Notes under the pieces: model-generated
What the model saw: only the letters and a program-made list of their open reading frames with translations
The model's database searches: none
Told to the model about the DNA's origin: nothing
Shown: one piece after another, positions 31,577 through 42,022 of the stretch
Layout: every line of letters begins with the position of its first letter
Position numbering within the stretch: the stretch's first letter is position 1
Assembly (NCBI GenBank): GCA_963767735.1
Contig: CAVYES010000008.1
Location: forward strand, 128,001-192,000
From: Candidatus Bathyarchaeota archaeon
GTDB lineage: Archaea; Thermoproteota; Bathyarchaeia; Bathyarchaeales; Bathycorpusculaceae
Direction: 5' to 3'
Length of the DNA: 64,000 nucleotides
Program-made: the position numbers and the translations under genes

Positions 31577-33613
31577 ATGACTAACGAACAGGTAACAGTG
31601 GATCCGCAGCAGCGTTTTCAAGAGTTCTTTAAGAAAGAGAAGTACCGCCAAAGAATCGCGCAGTTAGCCATCACTGGAAAAGGATCAGTAACAATCGATT
31701 TTGAAGAACTTTATGGATTTGACCAAGCACTCGCTGAACAATTACTCAACAAACCAGAAGAATACTTGCAGCATGCAGGAAAAGGAGCCTACGAACAACT
31801 CCGCATAGAAGATGCAGAATACGCTGAAAAAATAGAAAAAATTAATGCCAGAATCGTGAAGCTTCTTGGAAAAGAACAGCTAAGAAAACTCGGCTCAAGA
31901 CAAATGGCAAAACTAGTCATGGTTGAAGGCATAGTAGTCAGAGCCACACCAGTCCGACCGATGGTCTTGCAAGCAGCCTTCAAATGCAAACGCTGTGGAA
32001 CCATGAACATGGAAGAACAAACAGGACAATTCCTAAAAGCACCAGCCATATGCCAAGCTCCTGACTGCGGAAGAGATGGACCATTCGAGTTTGTCCAAGA
32101 AGAATCAACCTTTATAGATTCCCAAGATCTTCGGCTGCAGGAAAAGCCTGAAGATTTACCTCCAGGACAATTACCACGTACATTAGCCGTGAAACTTGTC
32201 GGCGACGACATAGTTGATGTTGCAAGACCAGGAGACCACATTGCCATAGTCGGAATCGTCCGCGCTTTTGCGCCTTCACTGATGGGAATGGGAAAACTCC
32301 GAACATTCATCCTTCAACTTGACGCTAACTCAGTAGAAGTGCTCGGAAAAGAGCCAGAAACATCACCGCCCACACCTGAAGAAGAAGAAAAAATGCATGC
32401 ACTCGCAAAAGACCCATGGGTGCACAGGAAAATCATGAGTTCAATAGCTCCATCAATCTTCGGCTACGAGCACATCAAAGAAGCAATAATGTACTTGCTC
32501 TTCGGCGGAGTCTCCAAAAGCCTGCCAGACATAAACATAAGAGGAGAAATGAACGCTCTTTTAATCGGAGATCCTGGCACCGCAAAATCACAACTTCTCC
32601 AGTACGTAGCCAGAATAGCGCCAAGAGGACTATACACTTCAGGAAGAGGAACAACCGCCGCAGGCTTAACCGCTGCAGTAGTAAGAGAAAAAGGCGGAAG
32701 CATGAGCCTGGAAGCAGGCGCACTCGTGCTAGCCGACAAAGGAATTGCATGCATCGACGAAATGGACAAAATGCGTCCAGAAGACCGAGTTGCCATTCAC
32801 GAAGCGATGGAGCAGCATACGGTTTCAGTTGCAAAAGGCGGAATTGTCGCCACACTAAACGCCAGAACAGCAGTGCTAGCAGCGGCCAACCCGTCTTTAG
32901 GCAGGTATGAACCAAACAGAACGGTTGCCGAAAACGTTCCGCTGCCAGTAACTATTCTTTCGCGTTTTGACTTAATTTTCGTGCTGCGAGATGTGCCCAA
33001 CAAGGAAGCAGATGGAAAAATGTCTCAGCACATCTTAGAAATTCATCGTAGAGGAGTAAGCCCTGTAGAAGCACCGGTAGATGCGGAATTGCTGCGGAAA
33101 TACGTTAGCTATGCTAAAGGGATTAAGCCTGTACTTGGTACTGAAGCATTAAAGCGGCTAAGCGACTTTTACTTAGCCATGCGCGCGGCAAGCGAAACTG
33201 AAGGTTCACCAGTGGCAATAACCGCACGCCAGTTGGAATCGCTTGTTCGTATCTCAGAAGCCAGGGCACGCGTTGCATTACGAAAGGAAGTGACAGGTGA
33301 AGATGCAGAGGCAGCTATAGTCATTATGAAGAGGTCTCTGGAAGAAGTGGGAATCGACTTGTCCTCATACAAAGTGGATATTGACTTGATAATGACTGGA
33401 AGATCCAAAAGCATCCGGGACAGATTGCATGTTATCCTTTCAGTGCTGATGGACATGGAGAAAGTAACAGGCATAGTTGAGAAAGACGCACTTGTCAACG
33501 AACTGGAAACAAAGCATAAGATACCCAGAGCCGAAGTTGAACGCATGATAAGCCAATTGCTGCGTGAAGGAACAATTTATGAACCCAGAGAAGGATGCCT
33601 AAAGAAAACCTAA
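31577..33613 (+). CDS. mcm: MCM replicative helicase
   Basis: GDPGTAKSQ, IDEMDKM, SRFD; no intein. Confidence 0.98.
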   Translation: MTNEQVTVDPQQRFQEFFKKEKYRQRIAQLAITGKGSVTIDFEELYGFDQALAEQLLNKPEEYLQHAGKGAYEQLRIEDAEYAEKIEKINARIVKLLGKEQLRKLGSRQMAKLVMVEGIVVRATPVRPMVLQAAFKCKRCGTMNMEEQTGQFLKAPAICQAPDCGRDGPFEFVQEESTFIDSQDLRLQEKPEDLPPGQLPRTLAVKLVGDDIVDVARPGDHIAIVGIVRAFAPSLMGMGKLRTFILQLDANSVEVLGKEPETSPPTPEEEEKMHALAKDPWVHRKIMSSIAPSIFGYEHIKEAIMYLLFGGVSKSLPDINIRGEMNALLIGDPGTAKSQLLQYVARIAPRGLYTSGRGTTAAGLTAAVVREKGGSMSLEAGALVLADKGIACIDEMDKMRPEDRVAIHEAMEQHTVSVAKGGIVATLNARTAVLAAANPSLGRYEPNRTVAENVPLPVTILSRFDLIFVLRDVPNKEADGKMSQHILEIHRRGVSPVEAPVDAELLRKYVSYAKGIKPVLGTEALKRLSDFYLAMRAASETEGSPVAITARQLESLVRISEARARVALRKEVTGEDAEAAIVIMKRSLEEVGIDLSSYKVDIDLIMTGRSKSIRDRLHVILSVLMDMEKVTGIVEKDALVNELETKHKIPRAEVERMISQLLREGTIYEPREGCLKKT

Positions 33614-33631
33614 ACAAAAGCGAGACAAACG

Positions 33632-34721
33632 ATGAAGCCAGTAGTAGTTGTTGCTGGAACCAGACCTGAAATAATCAAGATGGCTCCAATAATCAGAGCC
33701 TTAAACAAAACCAAAATTCCATCAGTATTTGTCCATTGCGGCCAACACTACGACTACAATATGGCTCAGCAATTCATTGAAAACCTCGAGTTGCCAACAC
33801 CTGACTACTCCTTTAAAATTGAAGCTTCTTCGCCTGGAACGCAAACAGCAGAAATAATGATGAAGATGGATCAGTTGCTGGAGAAAATTGAGTCTTCAAT
33901 TGTTTTGGTTGAAGGTGACACGAACAGCGTTTTGGCAGCAGCTTTAGCAGCTAATAAACGAGTGATTCCTGTTGGGCATGTGGAAGCAGGTTTGAGAAGT
34001 TTTGACCTGCGCATGCCTGAAGAACATAACCGGCGTTTAACCGACCACATATCAGAATACTTGTTCACACCAACAGAAAGAGCAAAAGCAAATCTCTTGA
34101 AAGAAAATGTTTGGGGCAAAATTTACCTGACAGGGAACACAGCTATAGACGCGGTAATCCAGCATTTGCCTATTGCCGAAAAAAAATCATCCATAATGGA
34201 AAAAATTCCCTTTTGAAACGTTCGCTTTAGCAACGGCTCACAGGGCAGAAAATGTTGATAACGTTTCAGTTCTTGAGTCCTTTATGAATGTTTTCTCAAA
34301 ATCCCCAATTCCAATCGTTTATCCGATGCATCCACGCACAAAAAAGAGACTTCAAGAAAATAAGATGCTTGCTCAAATAGAAGCATTGAAGAACATGTTG
34401 ATTCTTCCGCCTTTGGGATACTTGGACTTTTTGATTTTAATGAAAAACTGCAAATTGATAATTACTGATTCAGGCGGTATTCAAGAGGAAGCCACTGCCC
34501 CGGGCATAAGGAAACCAGTGCTGGTGATGCGTTTATCGACTGAGAGGCAGGAAGCAGTGGAAGCAGGATTCGCCAAAGTAGTTGGAACAGACAGGAAAAA
34601 TATTTTGGCAGCTATGCAAGAAGCAGTTAAAAATGAAGTTGAGTTGCCCTATGCTTCACCTTTCGGCGACGGCACAGCAGCCCAGAAAATCGTTGAAATA
34701 TTGAAGAAAAGTTTTGCTTAA
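33632..34721 (+). CDS. wecB: UDP-N-acetylglucosamine 2-epimerase (frameshift near 34215)
   Basis: GTRPEIIK, HVEAGLRS, PEEHNR, TDSGGIQEE. Confidence 0.93.
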
Positions 34722-35491
34722 GAGATGTAAGTGGTTTTTTTATCTTCTTCTTTACGTGTTTGTTCAGCTTGCAAGGCTCGTTTTTCTTCAATTTGCTGCA
34801 GGCGAGTCACCATTGTTTCTGCACGGGCAATTTCCTCGTTTAATCCTGTCAGGTCTAAGTCGAAGTTGAAAGTCGATTTTAAAACTTCCAAAACGCTTTT
34901 TGCCGCAAGAGGATCAGGCAGATAACCGCGTGTTTCACCCAGCAGGCAGAGAGCATTTATTTTTTTGAATTTTGCTAAGCCAAGTATTAATCCTGCTGTT
35001 CCAACAATTGGGCTTCCTGAAGTGCTAAGCGTTGCGCCTGCTTGCAGTGCTTTGTCTAAGATATCCTGTGAAGTTGCAGCTATGAAGACTTTAGGTTTTT
35101 CTTTCGGCTCCATTCGGTAACCGCCGATTGTTGCGATTGTTTTAACTTTGTACTTTTCTGAGAAGTCAAGCATTCTGTCAGCGATTTCGTATTGCCCTTC
35201 GATTGTTTGCGATTGGCTATCGCCGGTAAATAGGATTAGATCGTTTGGTCCGTTTGGATTTTGGTAGTAGTAGAATGCGCCTCTTAAAAGGCGAACGTTG
35301 CCTTTTTTGTTGACGAGGACAAAATATGGGAAATGAGGAGAGTAGAGATAGGCAATTTTTTTGGCTTTTAACTGTTTGATCATGTAGCGAAGAGCGATTT
35401 TACCGACAAGCCCTAAACCTGGAAGACCTTCGATGAGAACAGGATTGTTCGGTTCAATTTGGATGAATTCTTTGATGTATGTTTCTTTCAT
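34718..35491 (-). CDS. PAC2 family proteasome assembly chaperone
   Basis: EGLPGLGLVGKI, CLLGET, PDPLAA; conserved position after nop10. Confidence 0.9.
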   Translation of the reverse strand: MKETYIKEFIQIEPNNPVLIEGLPGLGLVGKIALRYMIKQLKAKKIAYLYSPHFPYFVLVNKKGNVRLLRGAFYYYQNPNGPNDLILFTGDSQSQTIEGQYEIADRMLDFSEKYKVKTIATIGGYRMEPKEKPKVFIAATSQDILDKALQAGATLSTSGSPIVGTAGLILGLAKFKKINALCLLGETRGYLPDPLAAKSVLEVLKSTFNFDLDLTGLNEEIARAETMVTRLQQIEEKRALQAEQTRKEEDKKTTYIS

Positions 35492-35658
35492 TATTTTGTG
35501 CTGCTCCTTTTCATTGCCATTCGGTATTTTAGGTATTTATCATCAGGCGAGAATTTGGGAGGATGCGGAATTCTGACAGGCCCACCACAGTAAGGGCAAC
35601 TTGTTTTGTTTAGTGTATATTTTTCGCAGTTTACGCATTTGCGTAATTGCCAAACCAA
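35491..35658 (-). CDS. nop10: H/ACA RNP protein Nop10
   Basis: Manual translation RKCVNCEKYTL...CPYCGG...PHPPKFSPDDKY. Confidence 0.95.
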   Translation of the reverse strand: MVWQLRKCVNCEKYTLNKTSCPYCGGPVRIPHPPKFSPDDKYLKYRMAMKRSSTK

Positions 35659-35763
35659 CTATTTTTCCCTTCTAAAAGCATAAGCGCCATGCGCCGTAAC
35701 GGTTTCAAAGGTGGCGATTAAAAGGTCGCCGCAGGTGGAACATTCGGGCTTACGCTCAGCCAT
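35659..35763 (-). pseudogene. eif2a: Translation initiation factor 2 alpha remnant (34 codons, internal deletion)
   Basis: MAERKPECSTCGDLLIATFETVTAHGAYA-FRREK*; S1-domain start joined to a C-terminus-like end, in the syntenic slot between rps27e and nop10. Confidence 0.75.
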
Positions 35764-35778
35764 TCATTACTTCATCCC

Positions 35779-35975
35779 TTATTCAAGAACCGCTTGTACT
35801 TCGCCTTTAATTTTTGCTCTTCCGCCAGATGGTTCAGCTAATGTTTCTCCGCATACATTGCAGGTTATCTTGTTGACACGTTGCTGAAGACTAATTGTTC
35901 ATTGCCGCATTTTGGGCATTTAACTCTAAGGAAGACGCTTTTTGGCTTTGGGATAAGTTTGCTCCATTCAGACAT
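35779..35975 (-). CDS. rps27e: 30S ribosomal protein S27e (1-nt frameshift near 35880)
   Basis: [21 protein letters not shown] / [20 protein letters not shown]. Confidence 0.93.
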
Positions 35976-35993
35976 GACTTTTTTTCTCCATTA

Positions 35994-36278
35994 TTATTGT
36001 ATTTCTAGTTTTCTGAGGCGAATCCCGTCTTTATGCCTCATGTAATTGCAAACTTTGCATTTTAAACGCAGAGTTTGTTTTTTCGTTGTTTTCGCGAATT
36101 CTCTTTGAAGCGGATATTTTTGTCCACCATAACCATGCTTTTCTCTTTCGTGGTGACGTTCGCCATGAGCTAAGGCTCTGCGCTTTCCAGGCTTATAGAG
36201 AGTTACACTGTGAATTTGATGAATTTTACATTTCGGACAGTAGGTTTTAACTTCTTTAGGAACGTGCACCTTATTCAC
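35994..36278 (-). CDS. rpl44e: 50S ribosomal protein L44e
   Basis: TYCPKCKIH, GYGGQ, KTTKK..LRLKC. Confidence 0.96.
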   Translation of the reverse strand: MNKVHVPKEVKTYCPKCKIHQIHSVTLYKPGKRRALAHGERHHEREKHGYGGQKYPLQREFAKTTKKQTLRLKCKVCNYMRHKDGIRLRKLEIQ

Positions 36279-36543
36279 GACCAGCTTTGCATAAGAGAAA
36301 CATACGCATTCTTATACTTTTTTACCTATCGCCCAAAAAGTGAGGGCCTTCAGCAAATAGAAGTAGCATTGAGCAGAATTCTACAGCAGTCTTATTTGAT
36401 CCTTAAGCCTATGCCCAAATTAACGGAATGTTTGTAATTTACTGCTATGCCATTTTGTCAAACTGTCAACTGGCAGAAAGGCGCATTCTTTTATAAACGG
36501 AAGCCAATTTTAACTCTATACATAGTCTGCAGGTAATGCGCTG

Positions 36544-37611
36544 ATGCAAATTCTTTCAAAACTTAAAGAGAACTCGGATATCATAATTAAGCTGTTGCCA
36601 TTGTTTGCTTTCGTCGTTCCGCTGGCTCTGCTATATGGGCTGAACCCAGCCGATCCGTATCTTAATCTTAGTCCTCAAAATTCTTTCCAGTTAATGTGGA
36701 AGGGCAGAACCTTCGAGCTGTTTTTTATTTGGTTAATAGCGTTGGAGTTTATTCTCAACTGGGAAATCTTCAAGTCAAAAATAATCAAACAAAACAAAGC
36801 AAAGCTCGCCGCCGTTGCAATATCCTTGTCACTTCCTACAATATTTGTAATTTCTGAGTATTATTTCGGGTTAAACGGCGCAATTGCCAACTTATCACTG
36901 CAAAACGGCGTTGCTTTTTACGATTCGATGCCTCTCGCAATTGAATACCTTGTTTTCGCGGTTCTTTTCTGCTTAACTATTTTTCTGTCTTTTGGGAAAA
37001 AGGGTTTAGCAGGTTTTGCTTTACCCGCTTTGTTTGTCGCTTTAGTCGGCGTTCTGTATACTATTGATAACGTGTTTCCTAACGGGGGGTTTACTCCATT
37101 CCAAATGTTTGTTCCAACAACCGCCACGCTTGCTGCTCGAGTCTTAAACTTCATGGGATGCACAACGTCGATGGTAATGCAAAATGGCATGCCTACCCTT
37201 CAAGCTACGGGACCTTTAGGAACAGCCAAATTCGCTATAGCTTGGCCTTGTGCAGGTATCGAAAGCTTTCTTATTTACACAGCTGTTGTTTTGGTGTTTT
37301 TGCAGCAGATACCAATCTCTTGGAAAGCTAAAACGGGATACTTTATCGTTGGCGCTACTGTCACATATTTCATAAATGTTATGCGGATAGTCACCATCTT
37401 CACTATCGGCATGCAGTATGGCGTAAACTCAAACCAAGTGCAAACGTTCCACTTCTACTACGGTCCACTATACGCGATAGCATGGATTGTTTCTTATCCA
37501 TTAATCATTCTTGTAAGCCAAGGTTTATGGCGAAAAATTAAAAGAGGAAAATCAAGCGCTAACCAAGGAACCCCTATGAAACCGCAACCACCACAGCCAA
37601 GCCCTGTTTAA
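36544..37611 (+). CDS. Exosortase/archaeosortase family protein
   Basis: Multi-TM protein with WPCAG (Cys), NVMRI (Arg) and FH (His) motifs. Confidence 0.85.
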   Translation: MQILSKLKENSDIIIKLLPLFAFVVPLALLYGLNPADPYLNLSPQNSFQLMWKGRTFELFFIWLIALEFILNWEIFKSKIIKQNKAKLAAVAISLSLPTIFVISEYYFGLNGAIANLSLQNGVAFYDSMPLAIEYLVFAVLFCLTIFLSFGKKGLAGFALPALFVALVGVLYTIDNVFPNGGFTPFQMFVPTTATLAARVLNFMGCTTSMVMQNGMPTLQATGPLGTAKFAIAWPCAGIESFLIYTAVVLVFLQQIPISWKAKTGYFIVGATVTYFINVMRIVTIFTIGMQYGVNSNQVQTFHFYYGPLYAIAWIVSYPLIILVSQGLWRKIKRGKSSANQGTPMKPQPPQPSPV

Positions 37612-38125
37612 CCAGCATCTTTGCATTATCGACAGGCAAAGAAGCAACATCCTCAGCCTTAAATGGCCCGTAAGTTTTCATGTCTAAACCAATAATGGCT
37701 GGAGTGTTTTTTGCAAATCTTAAAGTCAATCGTTTATGACTAACCACTTCATCTTCAGCTTTAACAGTTTGCCCTTGCATTAGATCTTTAGCGAATTTTT
37801 GGTATGCGCAAGCAAAAGTGACAAAACTTTCACACATCTTGGCTTCTTCAACAGTTAACAACTCTGAGGGCAACTGTGGGTTTTGCGTTATTGTTTTTAC
37901 TAATTTTTTGTATCTTGCCCGAAGCAGCTCATCCAGCATCCGGGTTACGTTCTGCGCTTCACAATCCAGCAGGTCTAATTTAACTGATTTTTTGTCAAGC
38001 ATCTTGCTCTCTTCGCAGATAAGCCTCAGGTAATCTGCTATTCTAGAGTAGAAGTCAGGCGGTAAACCTCCAAGAGAAGCCTCTTCAATTTCTCTTCGCC
38101 ATGCCACGTAAAGTTCATTGTACAT
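37574..38125 (-). CDS. GINS15 (Sld5/Psf1-like) subunit
   Basis: LPPDFY, RYKK, LTVEE, C-terminal YGPFKAEDVASLP; after priS. Confidence 0.88.
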   Translation of the reverse strand: MYNELYVAWRREIEEASLGGLPPDFYSRIADYLRLICEESKMLDKKSVKLDLLDCEAQNVTRMLDELLRARYKKLVKTITQNPQLPSELLTVEEAKMCESFVTFACAYQKFAKDLMQGQTVKAEDEVVSHKRLTLRFAKNTPAIIGLDMKTYGPFKAEDVASLPVDNAKMLVKQGLAVVVAVS

Positions 38126-39351
38126 TAGTTCGCCACCTTAGCCCTTCCCTTACAGATAAGCATAACTGCCGCCGCAACAGGCAACTCTTTAGTCTCATTC
38201 TTGTATGGACCCAACGTTTCCCCGCCCAACTTAAACTCCGGAGCATCAGAGACCATCACTTTTACCTCGCCCTTTTTAAAAGCTACCGCTTCAGTGAACG
38301 GATCAAAATCCTGCAGGTTTTCAGCCGGAAACTCGACTTTTTTTAAGCCTGTTTTGCCATGCAAAGTGCCGTTCATCCTGATTAAACGGTGAATATCAGT
38401 TGTGACAACCGTATCAATCTTTGACGATTGCAAATCTCTCACATGCTCAGCCAGTTTTAACCAGGTTTGAACGCTGACTCCGTTAATGCTGTCCCATCGA
38501 CCGTCATTTATACAACGTTTAATGATGGCTTCCTTGTTTTTAAAAAGTGCATTATTCTTTAAACCAACCTCTTTCAAATCTTCCGAGGTTGCGTTGACGA
38601 GAAAATTTTGCATTCCTAATTTTAGTCGCTTGTTCCAGCCAAAGTTGTGTAGATTAAATTTTTTAGTTGCGCGTTTTCCCCGTTTTTCTTTCACGTCTTT
38701 ATCTAGTACAGTTAAGCCTAATCCGGTAACGTAATCAACAATTTCCTTCCGCGCCATGGAGTCTAATGAACGCACCGATTCATTCTCTACATGCACGTGA
38801 TATCCTCGATGACCGGAAAAAAACACATGCAACTCATCTAAAGAAAAACCCAAATCATCACTTAACATGTCAATCAGCTTGGCGGCTTCTTGTCGAGCGG
38901 AATCTATGCAAAGCTCGCAGGCCCAGGTTTTTGTTTCAAATTTTGTTGCTTCGCAGGCTGGGCAGATCTCGGGAGTTATTCCTCTACCGCTGAAGCCGCA
39001 TTTGGTGCAGGTGAATTCATCGTGGATTTTGTTGCAGGATGTCGGAATGTGATCGGCGTCTATGTCGAAGACTAAGTCAGCGCCTATCCAACCTTTTTTG
39101 TCCATGTCAAAATCTGGGTTTTCATAGTAAGCGCAAGAATGATAAACATCTGATGGAACAGTCTGGTTCAGCACTGCCCTCAGGTTGCTAATTTTTTCAA
39201 ACCTCTTGTGCCTAACCATAAACCGTTCCTTGAAGAGCAGATAGCCAAATTCTCTTTGGCTGAGAAGAATCGGGGCAGGAATAATGGTTGTAGGGTCTCG
39301 GTAGTATTCGCAGAATTTTTGATAAACGAAGTCTCGAGAAGCCTCATCCAT
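38125..39351 (-). CDS. priS: DNA primase small subunit
   Basis: REFG, DLVFDIDAD, FSGHRGYH, IDTVVTTDIHRLIR. Confidence 0.96.
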   Translation of the reverse strand: MDEASRDFVYQKFCEYYRDPTTIIPAPILLSQREFGYLLFKERFMVRHKRFEKISNLRAVLNQTVPSDVYHSCAYYENPDFDMDKKGWIGADLVFDIDADHIPTSCNKIHDEFTCTKCGFSGRGITPEICPACEATKFETKTWACELCIDSARQEAAKLIDMLSDDLGFSLDELHVFFSGHRGYHVHVENESVRSLDSMARKEIVDYVTGLGLTVLDKDVKEKRGKRATKKFNLHNFGWNKRLKLGMQNFLVNATSEDLKEVGLKNNALFKNKEAIIKRCINDGRWDSINGVSVQTWLKLAEHVRDLQSSKIDTVVTTDIHRLIRMNGTLHGKTGLKKVEFPAENLQDFDPFTEAVAFKKGEVKVMVSDAPEFKLGGETLGPYKNETKELPVAAAVMLICKGRAKVAN

Positions 39352-39466
39352 GTTCCCTTGCCCCTTTGAAAGTGATTGTAATGATTACGCTTCCCAAATT
39401 TATCTATATACCGCCCGCCTAGCCAAATCGTATATTGTTTCGGTGAGTATCAAAACTTCAGGCAAT

Positions 39467-41155
39467 TTAAATACCGAGCAGTAAATTAAAGAAGGACGCA
39501 GCGAAAGCAAGCATGAAAATGATAAACATTAGCCAAAGCGCGGTGATCTCTAATTCTTTTTTCTGTTGAGGAATCAGAACGTATACAAAAATGAAGGGCA
39601 GGTACCAATTTTGGAAGTAAGGCAGCATAAAACTTGGCAAGAGAAGAAAAAGCGCTGAAAGGGAAAGCAAAGTGTTCTTGTTTAGCATATAAAATGCGTA
39701 AGCCAAAGTAACCGCCAGTATCAGCAAAACCAAGAAGGATTGAAGCCCCCAAGGAATTTGCGTGTTGGATGAAAAAGCGTTGATGCCGTTCATTATCAAC
39801 TGTGGTGCGTTTGCCAGAAAGTATGGAACGCTTAAATACGCAGTGAAGATGCTTGCAACCCCGAAGATAACGCCAGCGATTACAGCTTTATTTCTTAGTA
39901 AATTGCTTAACTTGTTTTTTTGGAAAAGTTTGATTAAACCCACAATAATTAGTGGGAAAAGGAAAATGCCTGCTTCATATTTAAAAAATATAGAAACGGC
40001 AATAAGCAAAAAGAAATAATCGTAACGCTCCGTCATAAACATGTATATTGCAAATAAAGAAAAAAGGAAAGCAACTGAATCAAACATTCCGTCTGCAGCG
40101 TAAACTACCAAACTAACATAAATAATGTAAACTCCCAAAAGTTTGAGGATCAAAGTCATGTCCTTTTGCAAATAACTTTTAAGGAAAAAATAAGCGCAAA
40201 CGGTCGCAAATACTAGAAATATAACTATCTCAGCTTTGTAAATTAAAGAGGGGTCAAAACCCTTTTGGAGAAGAACACCAAAGGGCAAGAACAAGAAAAT
40301 GCTGCCCAATGGGTACAGCTGCGGCATTTCTGGCCATGTTACAAACTTGTAGTGTGAATTATCAAGGTTTGCTAGCTTGCCTAAGGGTTGATTAAAAACT
40401 GAAAACCCATCTTTAAGAAACAAACTGGAAACATAGGAGTCTCGGGCATTATCAGTATACCAGTTTTCGAATGCCCCAAGCGGATTAGAATTTATTGCTA
40501 TTAGGAAAAGCCAAATCATCAGCGACAATAAAAGTAAAATTAAGAGGTATCGGCGGTTTTTCTTGCTAAGAGACGGTAAACTGAGCGTATTTGACTTGAA
40601 TTTGGTTGAGAAAGACACCATTTTTAACATTATGAGTATTGTTAGGGCTAAACTTAAGAGGAACACTATTTTTGAGGGCTCGTTAAGCCACGAATATGGA
40701 AGGGTACTTTGTGGTTCTTGTGCAGATACTTGAAAATGAACCGTGCCGACGTTAGGTGAATCGGAGACGAAAGAGGCTTCATAGTAGTTGGCTTGTGCAA
40801 CAAATGAGTAAGTGATGTTTGATTGTGTTAAAACAGAGTAATCCACGTTGCTAGTAATTATAAAAAAATAGGGTCTGGTGGGGAAAATAATGGAAAAGTT
40901 TTTTTCGAAAGCGGTTGGGCATTGTACTGAAAGTGAAACGTTTTCTCCGCCGCGAAAAGATCCTAAGCCTTCCATGTATGTTTCGTTTGGGCCTAATTGG
41001 AAAGTATCGTTAAGCAAAACAGTTGATTGGTTTCCACCTGATTCTTTTGGAAATAAGCTGACGGTTGCAAGGACTACGCTCATCACCAGGACTGTAATGG
41101 CTATAAGCAAAAGAACCTTAGTGCTGTGGGGTTTCATAAACGCGGCGTCCTTCAA
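39467..41155 (-). CDS. Polytopic membrane protein, possible GT-C glycosyltransferase
   Basis: Extracellular N-terminal domain then about 10 TM segments; WYTD, YPLG, GMFD, FFK motifs; next to a GT2 gene. Confidence 0.55.
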   Translation of the reverse strand: MKDAAFMKPHSTKVLLLIAITVLVMSVVLATVSLFPKESGGNQSTVLLNDTFQLGPNETYMEGLGSFRGGENVSLSVQCPTAFEKNFSIIFPTRPYFFIITSNVDYSVLTQSNITYSFVAQANYYEASFVSDSPNVGTVHFQVSAQEPQSTLPYSWLNEPSKIVFLLSLALTILIMLKMVSFSTKFKSNTLSLPSLSKKNRRYLLILLLLSLMIWLFLIAINSNPLGAFENWYTDNARDSYVSSLFLKDGFSVFNQPLGKLANLDNSHYKFVTWPEMPQLYPLGSIFLFLPFGVLLQKGFDPSLIYKAEIVIFLVFATVCAYFFLKSYLQKDMTLILKLLGVYIIYVSLVVYAADGMFDSVAFLFSLFAIYMFMTERYDYFFLLIAVSIFFKYEAGIFLFPLIIVGLIKLFQKNKLSNLLRNKAVIAGVIFGVASIFTAYLSVPYFLANAPQLIMNGINAFSSNTQIPWGLQSFLVLLILAVTLAYAFYMLNKNTLLSLSALFLLLPSFMLPYFQNWYLPFIFVYVLIPQQKKELEITALWLMFIIFMLAFAASFFNLLLGI

Positions 41156-41218
41156 ATAAAGCAGCCAAAGAGGTATTTAATTCTGCTATCAACTAAAATA
41201 AGTGTTGGCTAACTAAGC

Positions 41219-41965
41219 TTACGAGCGGGAGATTGCTTTTAATGTATAGGTTATGTAGCTTTCGATTTCAGTCCAAGAGAGTTTAGATTTTCCTCTTTTT
41301 CGGTTAACAAATAAAATGGGAGTTTCTTTCACGTTAAAATTCCTCAAAGCGGCTTGCCTTATTGTTTCTATTTGAATCTCATACGTGTGACTGTGCAAGT
41401 TGCCAATTGTTGCTCTTAGAAACTTTGTGGAGTAGCAGCGAAAGCCGCTGGTGCAGTCATGCGGTTTTAGTCCAAGGGATACCTTGGCGATGAAGTTAGC
41501 AGTTTTACTAATTACTTTTCTGGTGAAAGGCCAACCTGTTATGTTGCCGCCCTTGATATATCTGCTACCGATTACTATTCCGTAATCAGACTTATACATG
41601 GCTGAAATGAGTTGTGGGATATCTTTGGGGTTGTGGGAGTAGTCAGCATCCATTGTAATGATATATTTTGGTGTTTGTTTTGAAGACAAAAAGAATTTGA
41701 ATCCGACGGTTATTGCTGTGCCTAATCCGCTTTTTTTAGGTCTAACGCATAATAGAACATTATTGTATTTGTTCTGTTTTTCTTGCACAATTTTTGCAGT
41801 TTCATCGGGACTTGAATCATCAATGACAAGTATTGAAGCATTTAATTTTAAATCTTCAATGTCTTCAATTAATTTAGAAATATTGTCCGCTTCTCGATAA
41901 GTAGGAAGAATTATCCCAATTTCGGAGCCGACCACGTTACTATTTCCAATTAATTGATAAGGCAT
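41219..41965 (-). CDS. Polyprenol-monophosphomannose synthase-like glycosyltransferase (GT2)
   Basis: PTYRE, IDDSSPD, MDADYSH, GSRY, DCTSGFR. Confidence 0.92.
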   Translation of the reverse strand: MPYQLIGNSNVVGSEIGIILPTYREADNISKLIEDIEDLKLNASILVIDDSSPDETAKIVQEKQNKYNNVLLCVRPKKSGLGTAITVGFKFFLSSKQTPKYIITMDADYSHNPKDIPQLISAMYKSDYGIVIGSRYIKGGNITGWPFTRKVISKTANFIAKVSLGLKPHDCTSGFRCYSTKFLRATIGNLHSHTYEIQIETIRQAALRNFNVKETPILFVNRKRGKSKLSWTEIESYITYTLKAISRS

Positions 41966-42022
41966 AAGGACTCTACCCTATTTTACCTTAGTGACCTAAT
42001 AAATCTTAGCTAAAAACGAGTT

